Assembly: GCA_028534125.1 (NCBI GenBank)
Contig: CM052816.1
Span: 38,380,001-38,444,000, forward strand
Direction: 5' to 3'
Length of the DNA stretch: 64,000 nucleotides
DNA from: Lama glama
Taxonomy: Eukaryota
Part shown: in pieces, positions 54,051 to 64,000 of the stretch
Position numbering within the stretch: position 1 is the first letter of the stretch
Layout of the letters: every line of letters starts with the position of its first letter
Made by a program: the position numbers and the translations under genes
Notes under the pieces: generated by a model
The model's database searches: none
The model's input: only the letters and a program-made list of their open reading frames with translations
What the model was told of the DNA's origin: nothing

Positions 54051-56881
54051 TTAAAGAGAAACTCTGTTAAACAAACAAACAGAACAAATTTTTAAAGAAT
54101 GGTTTTTGCTATCATGACTGCCATGAGTTGTGGTCAACACAACCTTAAAGTAATTAAGATTAGCAGTCACGTATGTATTTTCTAAAAGAAAATGAATTAG
54201 CTTAAAATAATTATTGGAAAAGTGTGAAATCACTGCCAACTGATCACTAACCATGAATGGTCTATAATGTAGTTTTGAATAATTCCATCTAATTGATCAG
54301 ACTTTTTTGTATAATATGAAATTTCAATGATTAAGTAAGCCTGATGACCTGGATAATCATACTAATTATTGAAAAGATAAACAATAAAAATAAACAAGCA
54401 AAAGCAGAATGTGATGTCAAAGGCTAAAAATGTGGAACTACAAAGGTGAATTTATAAGGCTAGAGAATCAAGGCATGATTAAAATCTAGAACTCTAATAT
54501 ATTACTTCAGAAAGAACATTTCCAAATTAATAGTTAGATTTCAAGGAAAATTTAGATGAGATTTTGAAATGGCTCTAGGTAAGGATTCAGAATATAAGTT
54601 TAGGGGGTTCATATATAATGTTATCTCAGCCACTCATTAAATTGTCCTGTTTTTCAAAAGGCAAAAGTAAAATATGAAATATAGATTTACCAGTTTTAGG
54701 CACAGCTTCTCATTTCAGTCAATTCTTGCTCATTGATTAGTAAATCCAATCAATGGCAATGACAATTTGAGAAGTAAATCCCTCCATCAAATCTTAAATC
54801 TTGCACATTGCACCTTTGAAGTTCACCCTATTCTTTCATCACGACGAATTTCAATGCCATGTGAGGCAAGTGCATCATTTATTTTAATCCTGTTGAAATG
54901 AATGGATGAACTTAAATAACAATGCAAGCCTTTTTCTGTATAGTGCTGTAATTCACTTTGAAGTGATAGTTCTTTTAGGATTAAGATGTATACTTTTTGG
55001 TTCTTTGACTAGTTGTCCTTTCTTTGTGTACTATATTAATAAGAATTCAAAGCAAGACTAAGTCACAGCTGCCTTCTAATACAAGTCTTAGAGTCTTAAG
55101 CAAAATTCTACAAGAGCAGCCAACCCAGTGAAAAATCACTTTGAAGGGAATAAAACTATCATTTAGTAACTACAGGCTATGGTTTTCTATTTAACCACTT
55201 GTGTTAGACAGACTATTGATGAAAACAGTTCTGAAAATATTTTCATTTACTGTCACATATCCAGCATTAAAATGAAAGAAGTTTGACATACTATTGCAGA
55301 AGAAATAACTATTTAATTCTTAACTTATTCTAACATGATGTTTACTGCATAAAGCAATGAATTTATCCAACATTTAAAACAATTTTATGAGATGTTCAAA
55401 ATAGATATTGTCAAAAAAGATATGCATAAGAGAAAATACACTAGTTAGTTCTTAAGAAGATATGGTGACTAAAACATAATACGGCTTTCTGAAACCATTT
55501 CTAGAAATGGTTATACACAAAAACTATATTATGCAATACTAAGATATTTACATGTTGACTTAATTTTAAATAGTTTAACTGCTAATGGTTTCCATTATAG
55601 AAATTGTTCAAAAGAAAATGTCAAAAGAAAGAACTGCCTATACATCACCACCTAAAAGAAAATCATCCATAATATTTCAGAATATTTCTTCTTGTATTTC
55701 CCTTGTAAAATGTTACTTATTTTTCTTATTTCAAAATTAATAAATACCAGATTATACAAACTTGGATCAATCTACTCACACAACATATGATGATGATGAA
55801 GATGATGATGATGATTATAACCCATATATTTCAATTATCTAAAGATAATTATTATAAATAAATTGACAATGTCCTTTGAGTCCATTTTTGAGTATTTATT
55901 TTTATATCTTTCTCCAAACATTGTTAATAGTAACAGTATTCCCCTAATTAAAAAATTACTAAATGCTTAATGCAGAAAAGGTGTCAGAAAGAGAGGAAAA
56001 AAGGATGTAATAAGAGCATCTATAACCTTAGCCAACAGAAATGTACTGATAATTTTATTCAGATACTATCAATATACTTTGAATCCTACATACTTCCATT
56101 ATCCATAAATAGATGCTAATCTTTTTAATATGATTTAGAATATCTTAAAGCAATATCTAAGGGTTAACTTAAGGAATAAAAACCAGAAATATTGTCTGTT
56201 ACTGTCAGGGCAAGCTAAGATAAATGGTAATTCTCATTTTTAGCCATTAAGGCCCTCCAATGTCCCAAAACTCTTTCTAACAAACCGTTCTTTATCCTCC
56301 CCTTCTACCCATCTCTTAGCAAGTCAGCTCCCTACTGCCCTTCATTTCCCCTCTGTTGGCTTCACTCATGCTGGTCTCCATTCTCATAACACCACCGTTT
56401 CTGTTGTCCTTGATGTTGTTATTTTTCTGTTTCTGTGTGTGTGTGTTTAATCAATCCAGTAACTAGTCTCCCTAGAGGCTTGAGTCCAAGCTTTCCCTAA
56501 CAGGTATGTCCTTTTCTCCACCTCTAAGACTATATTCCCCAACAGATTTTCAAGGCAGGTACTCAAGACACAGGCAAACAAGAAAAGAACTTAGTTATCA
56601 GAATAGGACAGGCAATGGCAAGAAATGGAAAAAGTATGCAATGCCTGGAATTTGACTACCATACAAGACCAGAAAAGGATCCATAACATCGTTGACTTTT
56701 GCAGACAGAATGAGCTCCTGCTTTTATGTTTTGCTGCAAATAGGACTAATTTCTAACAGGATTTGATTTTTATCTAAGAGGTAGCTTAATATCCCCAGCA
56801 GTAAAATGAAATATGTTGGAAGACAAAAATCAGGCAAGGCATTACTCTGAATGACTTAAGTCAGTGGAATAATGTAATAAC

Positions 56882-57233
56882 TAGAGATGGATCCAAATTT
56901 TGTGAGACTTGAAGTTTGTATAATTTGCGGGACTCTCTAAGAAGAAGAATACAAAATGACAAATACAAAACTGGAAATGAAAGTCATCATTACTTTAGAA
57001 TAAGAAAAGAAATGCCAACAAAACATTGAAGACCTGGAGATTTGTGTACGTCTGTATTTTTAGATCTCTTTACAAAATTTACAAATATGATTACATAGAC
57101 ATGCTTCCTGATAGCAGCCTGCCTCCATTCTCCACCAAGAACACCCTACAACTCCCAGCACTCACAGGGGCCTGTTCAAGTAGAGGACGCTGAAGCTGAA
57201 ACTTTGTTAGCTTTGTGGCAAATTCGCTTCTGG
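56882..57233. mobile_element. hAT-Tip100 (Zaphod/MER115-like) DNA transposon fragment
   Basis: Ends agagatggatcc... / ...aaattcgcttctg; internal aagaagaagaatacaaaatgacaaatacaaaa. Confidence 0.6.
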
Positions 57234-58090
57234 TTTTAATTGTAAAACTGTAGGCAACAGGAGCCAGATGGTGGAATTACTTTAGCAGGCAAGCCGTCCT
57301 TCCTAATTTCTTTGAAAGTGCACCAAATAGAATTCTCACTGAGTGGCTATAAAGATATAAACAAAGTACAATCCTGTGAAAGTACTATGGCTTAGCAAGT
57401 GGAGTCTGAGGGACAGGTGTGAGGGGTTGGGGAGGCTGCCCAGACGTTGGCCCCTTAACAGCGCCTCGGATTTCAACAGAGAGGCAGACAGCACTCAAGA
57501 CAGGAACAAAAACAAGTATGAAAGACAGGACAGCCCAAGGAAATACCAGAATTTCAGGTGGAGTTTGACTTACGATATATGGGAAGCCGGAGTGAGAAAA
57601 ACGAGTATAGCCATTGACTGCCTCAGGATTTCAGAGGGTCTTCAGTGCTGCATTAAGGAGTGTGCCCCGAATTCAGATGGCAATTAGAACAACACAGGAT
57701 AAAAACAAATTGTTTTATTTTATTTATTTGATTTTCATAAAAACAATGAGAAATCTTTAATGATATGTTTAGGTCATCCAAGAAATCATCAACAGAACAA
57801 TCAGAAAGTTGCCAAAGAGTTTTATTATTCTAACACCTTAGATCACAGTAGAGAAAATTTTATATGTGTGGGAGTGGAGATGGGGGTATAAGTTAAAGAA
57901 GAGGAAAATCAATAGGTTTCTCCCCTCAGAGAAAAGTCCTCTAAACTCACAATGCATGTAAACTGAAGACACTTGATAATAATGAATCTAATGTTTTAAT
58001 AGAAGAATTCTACTCAGAATAGTTAAGAAGGCATGTCCAAGAATTAGACTTTCTGAGTTTGAGACTTGGCACCATCATTTACAGTGTGAG

Positions 58091-59218
58091 TTTGCTGTGC
58101 AAAAGCTTATAAGTTTAATTAGGTCTGATTTGTTTATTTTGGTTTTTATTTCCATTACTCCTGGAGACATATCCAAAAAATATTGCGTGATTTATGTCAA
58201 AGAGTGTTCTGCCTATGTTTTCTTCTCGTTTTAGAGTATCTGGTCTTATATTAGGTCTTTAATCTATTTTGAGTTTATATTTGTATTTAGTGTTAGAGAA
58301 TGTTCTAATTCCATTCTTTTGCATGTAGCTGTCCAGTTTTCCCAGCACCTCTTACGGAAGAGACTGTCTTTTCTCCATTGTATATTCTTGCCTCCTTTGT
58401 AGTATATTAATTGGTCATAATTGCATGGGTTTATTTCTGGACTTTCTATCCTGTTGCATTAATCTATAGTTTGTTTTTGTGCCAGTACCATACTGTATTG
58501 ATTACTGTACTTTGTAGTAGAGTCTGAGTCAGGAAGTGTGATTCCTGCAGCTCCGTTCTTCCTTCTCAATATTGTTTTGGCTATTTGAGGTCTTTTGTGT
58601 TTCCATACAAAATTTAACATTTTTTGTTCTAGTTCTGTGAAAAATGCCATTGGTAATTTGATAGGGATTGTATTTAATCTGTAGATTGCCTTGGGTAGTA
58701 TGGTAATTTTAACAATATTGATTCTTCGAATCCAAGAACACAATATATCTTTCCATTTGTTGGTGTCATCTTCAATTTCTTTCATCAGCTTCTTACACTT
58801 TTCAGAGTACAGGTCTTTTGCCACCTTGTGTAGGTTTATTTCTAGGTATTTTATGCTTCTTGATGTGATGGTAATTGGGATTGTTTCCTTAATTTCTCTC
58901 TTTGATATTTTGTTGTTAGTGTATAGAAATGCAACAGATCTCTATATATGAATTTTGTAACTAACAACTTTACTGAATTCACTGATCAGCTCTAGTAGTT
59001 TTCTGGTAGCATCTTTGGGACTTTCTATGTATAGTATCATGCTGTATGCAAACAGTGACAGTTTTATTTCTTCTTTTCCAGTTTGGATTCCTTTTGTTTC
59101 TCTTTTCTGATTGCTATGGCTAGAACTTCCAAGACCATGTTGAATAAAAGTGGTGAGAGAAGGTATCTTTGTCCTGTTCCTAATCTTAGAGGCAATGCTT
59201 TCAGCTTTTCACCACTTA
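58091..59218 (-). mobile_element. L1 ORF2 (reverse transcriptase and downstream region), degraded
   Basis: ORF track gives [31 protein letters not shown] and [45 protein letters not shown], both L1 ORF2 motifs. Confidence 0.95.
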
Positions 59219-60030
59219 GTAGACATGGCACTGCCCACCAAAGGGCCAAGACCTAGCTCCATCTCCCAGTAAACAAGCACCAGCCCCTCCCACCAGGAAG
59301 CCTGCACAAGCCTCTAGACCAGCCTCACCCACCAAGGGGCAGACACCATAAGCAAGAAAACTATAGATCTGCTTCCTGAAGAGCAACTCCACAAATGCAG
59401 GATAGATACTACCCTGGGACCAAGTGGCCTTTGGTCTGTGGGTGACAAGAAGAGAGTGCACTACTGGGATGCACAGGACATCTCCTATAGAGGGCTGCTT
59501 CTCCAAGGTCGAGAAATGTAACTAACCTACCACACACATAAAAAAACAAATAGCAATTTAGACAAAATGAGGTGACAGAGGAATATGTTTCAGATGAGGG
59601 AACAAGACAAAACTCCTGAAGAACTAAGTGACATGGAGATATGCAATCTATCTGAGAAAAAGTTCAGATAAATTCAAGAAGAAGATATAACCATTGTAAA
59701 TATATATGTGCCCAACATAGGAGCACCTCAATATACAAGGAAATGTTAACAGACGTAAATGGAGAAATCGACAATAACACAATAATAGCGGGGAACTTCT
59801 AACACCTCACTTACATCAATGGACAGATCATCCAGAGAGAAAATAAAGAAACAAAGGCCTTAAATAACACATTAGGCCAGATGGTCTTAATTGATATTTA
59901 TAGAGCATTCCATCCAAAAGCAGCAGAATATATCTTCTCTTCAAGTGCACTCAAAACATTCTCCAGGATAGATCACATGCTGGGCCACAAAGCAAGCCTT
60001 GGTAAATTTAAGAAAACTGAAATCATATCA
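59219..60030 (+). mobile_element. L1 5'UTR / ORF1 start joined directly to the ORF2 endonuclease region
   Basis: accagcctcacccaccaaggggcagacacc 5'UTR motif; ORF1-like start near 59567; EN motifs (IYVPN, DIYRAFHPKAAEYIFSSSALKTFSRIDHMLGHK) from about 59670. Confidence 0.9.
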
Positions 60031-60420
60031 AGAAATCTGTATCTTGATCTGAATGATGGTTATACAAGTATATACATGTGTAAAAATGTATTGAGCTGAA
60101 CTCTTAAAATTCCTATACTTCTTTTACTTCACTGAAAATATTTTATTCCTCAATTTTTAAAAATGAAAGAAAAAGCAAAAAAATGGCAAAAACTCATCTA
60201 TACTATTAGAAGTCAGGAGATTAGTTACCCATGTGGTGACCTTGTGACTAGAAGGAAACAAGAGTAGACATCTGGAAAGTTGGTAATTTTCTCTTACTTA
60301 ATGTAAGTCCTACTTACCTCAGTACCTCAGCATTTTCAGTTCGTGAAAGTTCATCAAACTGTACACTTATGATATATGCATGTTTTTGTAGGTATATTAT
60401 ACCTGACAGGTTAAAAGCGA
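60031..60420 (+). mobile_element. Ancient L1 3' end fragments
   Basis: tgtatcttgatctgaatgatggttatacaagtatatacatgtgtaaaa and agaagtcaggagattagttacc...aaagttcatcaaactgtacacttatga. Confidence 0.7.
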
Positions 60421-60473
60421 CTCAGTGAATAACAAATGTGTATGTATACATATTTATAAATAAAGATAGTTAT

Positions 60474-60494
60474 ACACACACACACACACACACA
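60474..60494. repeat. (CA)n microsatellite (others at about 32908-32925 and 43492-43515)
   Basis: Direct dinucleotide run. Confidence 0.9.
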
Positions 60495-63400
60495 TACATA
60501 TGACATCAGACCTCCCTATTTGTGATGAAAGAAACAAGTCAGTTTCTTTAAACTGTGCTCTGTAGTCCCACATACGAATCAGCTAAAATAAAATAGCAAA
60601 ACCCACTTTCTCTTTCTACTATATGGCCCATCTGTGTAAATGAATGTTTGTAAAGACACTTGTATTATGTATACATGGTAATAGTACATTTATTAGAAAC
60701 TTTTGCACAATAGTGAATTGCAAATCTCTGCAACACAGCTCTTTCAGATGTTATTTTTAACACATGGGCTTCAAGAACAATTAGCTAGAATTACTTTTGG
60801 TGTAAAGTGATTTTTCAATTATTTTCTTTCACAGATCTTTTCAGAGTCACAAAAATCTTTACACATTCCTCTTGCCTTAGATGAACTATTGTTTAAAACA
60901 AGACTTAAATAGAAATGCAATTTAGATGCTTCTACTAAAGATGTTCTTAAAACATTCCTAGGGCTTAAAAAAAAAACAAAAAACAGTTTCACAGACTTTG
61001 CCCAATTCCCCTGTAGAGCATTTACAGATGATTTGGATTCTATATTCTATACCTATGCTAACAGCAGGAATTCTTAACATAGGTGTACTTTTAACAGCCA
61101 CATTGTGAACAGCATGAATAAAGGAATCAACATGACCTCAAATCAAAATATCAGCATAATGCCCTTAGCACCAAAAAGAGAGGAGGGAGTCTTCAGCTCC
61201 AGGATAGATGAATGGTACTCAGCAACATTTCAGTTAGCAACTGCAGTCAAGCCTGTGTTGAAAAGCCAGTCCCTGGAATAAACAGGTACCGGTCCACAAG
61301 GCAGAAGCAAGAAACTGAGACTCAGTCCACCCTACTCTACTCCATAGCATTTCAGTGAACAACCTAACGTGTAGTGTTTGTAAATAGAGTAACATTTATC
61401 ACAAACCTTTTTATATCATTGTAGACTTCAAAGTGCCAAGAATGCATTTTATTTAAATATAATGGTAAGATATTTACTTAAAATATCTTACCATTATATT
61501 TTTCTAAATTCTCTTTTTCCATGTATGACTGATTTTCCAAATACATATTTCAACAAGCTAGAAAGTACTATATTTGGGGAGAGATTTGGGGGCATCTTTC
61601 TTCTTCGGCAGAAGGCAAGACCTAGAAATACATCAGTCATTCATGTCAATTTGTGACAGTTCAAATTGCCCAAGGTATTTGGTAAACTTCAATCACTGTC
61701 ACAACTCTAAAGGTTACTGAGTAGCTCCAACACAGATTAATTACAACAGTATTGCACGAATTTGAGAGTGGGTGTGTGAGTGAATGCATGTGTGTGTGCT
61801 CTTGACAGTTAAATATTCTGGTATAGCAGCATTAAGTTCAGCTACGTGTAACAATAACAACAGCAATAATTATAACAGCACCAACAAATGATGACAAACA
61901 AGATGAACATTTATTCTCATTCAGTACTGGACTTAGGCCACCTAGGGCTGTTTTACAGATTCCTGATAAAGTTTCCACCTTTATTGTTCTGCTTCATTTC
62001 ACAAGACGGATCCTTGTGCTCTAGTCATCATGTCGACATCTCAGGAAAAATTAAAGGGAATAACAATGGCAATCTCATTTCCTTTGAGAGTATTTCCTGA
62101 AAGTTGTACATACCACTTACAGTTTTTATTGGTCAAAATTTGTTCATAAGATCACAACCAATGGAAGGGAAAATCAATCTTGAGCTGCACAGAAAGGCAT
62201 TCAGCTAAAACCTGAGGTTCCTACTAATTAGATTTGATATTTAGAGTAGACAGAATTTTTTTCTTAGTTTAAAAACATTAAATCAGACCCCTAGCCTCCT
62301 AGGAAAAACAAAACTTACTAGATGATTCAAATAATTGAAATAAAAACAATCACACTATTATTTACTATAAAGTAAACAAAAGTTAAACTTTATTTTTAAA
62401 TTGAATATTTCACTGATTTTTGTAAATATAAGTGAAGAAATATTTCTATATATAAGAGAACACACAAAACTTTAAAAAACTGTATAACTACATTTTATTG
62501 GTGGGGGAATCGAAGAGAGGGCTGAGTAATTTCTTTTAAAAGAGAAAAGTTAACTTAGAAATATGAAATAATTTCATCCCACTCCTAAATCAGAATTAAT
62601 GCTCTGAGCTGGGAGTTACGCTGTCATATTTGAGAAGCTCTGATTTGAACATTCTATTTCTGGAAATGATTTCTTTTAGTAATTACTAACAGTTTATGAA
62701 AAGATCTGCAATTTTATTTTTCCAAGTGTTCAAGTAATCTTAACTCATCAAAATGCTAAAATCTTTTATATCACAGTTGTGTAAGGCTTACTCATGTAAA
62801 TGGCCCGCCTGTTCCCTGACAGCTGGAAACTTTTAGTGTGGATCTGCAGCCTCAGCCCCACCCCAAGCACTGGGACTCATCTGGCCTCTAAGCAGGAATC
62901 CATAGCTCACTGTCCAACTTGCAGCTCCACTCTGACCTGGCAACCAGGTTTAGTAGCAAAGCCCCTGCACCTTGCCCAATGCCAAGCTTTTCTCATACTA
63001 GGGACTCCAAGCATCCTTCCACAGAATACCAGACAGTGCATGTCAACACTGGGAATAAACCTCCCATTAATGGGAACCCACTACTTCATCGTGTAGCCCT
63101 TTATACTGTTGGTTTGAACACCCATTCACGTCTTTAGTAAACCAACATTGAAAGCTGACTACAAATCAGGTGTGCTGCCAGACACTGGTAATAAAAAGAT
63201 CAAAGGCATGCACAGTCGCCTGCCCTCTAGTAGGACAGACTGATGCAATTGTTAAAATGATATTCCTAATAAAGAGATTTGGTCTCCTAGGAATTTTCAT
63301 CCATTGTTCTTAAGTCTGACCTGTATAGTCACATGGAATGGACTCCATTCAGACTTCCACAAATCACTCCCTCCAGTCTGGAATATCTTGAATAGGATTA

Positions 63401-63829
63401 TATTCCCTGCAGCAACCCAAATCTTCACTGCACTCCCTGTGTTCTACAGATAACCGTCATTCAAAATCATACACACATTCTCTTCTCCTCCAAGCTCTTA
63501 CACCCCTGTTACTATAACTTTTAAATGAAATGTTTTTCAGTTGCTTCACTCTATTTTGGGATAAGCCCCAATCTGAAAATATCCTCCTTAAAATGCAGCA
63601 TTGAAAAATGAATACAGTATAAGAAAACACCCTAATACATCTTACCTCTACTCATTTTCATCAAGAACAGCATGTCATAATTCTTGACCCGCCTCTGCCG
63701 TGTAAAGTCACAGATTAATTTAAGGACCTTTTCAGATCATTCCGAGCTGATAGTGATTTCAAGTTCTAGGAAGCTCTGGTTCTCTTACCCGTAGAGTCTC
63801 CCTTTAGTTGATTCCCTCCATGAGGCAGA

Positions 63830-64000
63830 CTGGCATCAAGGTTGCTCTAGCGTCAGAACTGGCTTCACATGCTGTTCCCCACCTACTCACTATACGAACT
63901 TGAGAAAATTACTTGATTCTGAACCTCAGCTATGGTAAGATCATAAAAATAAGGTTCCTTTCTCCTTAAGGTTTCCGAAGGTAGTATCAGCCAATATACA
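63830..64000 (+). mobile_element. MIR SINE
   Basis: gctctagcgtcagaactggcttcacat...ctcactatacgaacttgagaaaattactt...gaacctcag. Confidence 0.6.

Noticed and set aside
62770..63120. GC-richer block with 98-aa and 72-aa ORFs
   Set aside because: Looks like an ancient LTR (TG start, AATAAA, CA end); family uncertain and no coding support.
1..64000. CRISPR arrays, operons or other prokaryotic systems
   Set aside because: The sequence is mammalian, with LINEs, SINEs and introns; no repeat-spacer arrays or gene-dense coding regions.

Overview
This is AT-rich mammalian genomic DNA, very probably camelid: it carries a Vic-1-like tRNA-derived SINE and camelid-type L1 3' ends, and I saw no Alu, Bov-tA or PRE-1. 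It is not prokaryotic, and nearly all listed ORFs are spurious or L1 remnants. The left end (about 320-800) is a CpG-island promoter with a likely non-coding first exon of a minus-strand gene and a divergent pair of CTCF motifs. The rest looks like the 3' end and long introns of a second minus-strand gene that I cannot name. It has three candidate exons: one at 41733 with two alternative donors (11-nt micro-exon or 79 nt), one at 17754 whose frames give either a short tail or a transmembrane tail, and a terminal exon from 15581 with 3'UTR-like sequence. The introns hold several repeat-free, TF-motif-dense blocks that look like conserved enhancers, plus many L1, L2, MIR, LTR and DNA-transposon fragments. 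Notable retroelement structures are a 5'-intact L1 spanning a 500-N gap and inserted into the TSD of an older SINE, two possible short 3' transductions, and a rearranged, inverted L1. Repeat family names are from recognition of consensus-like motifs, not a database search, and most repeat boundaries are approximate.
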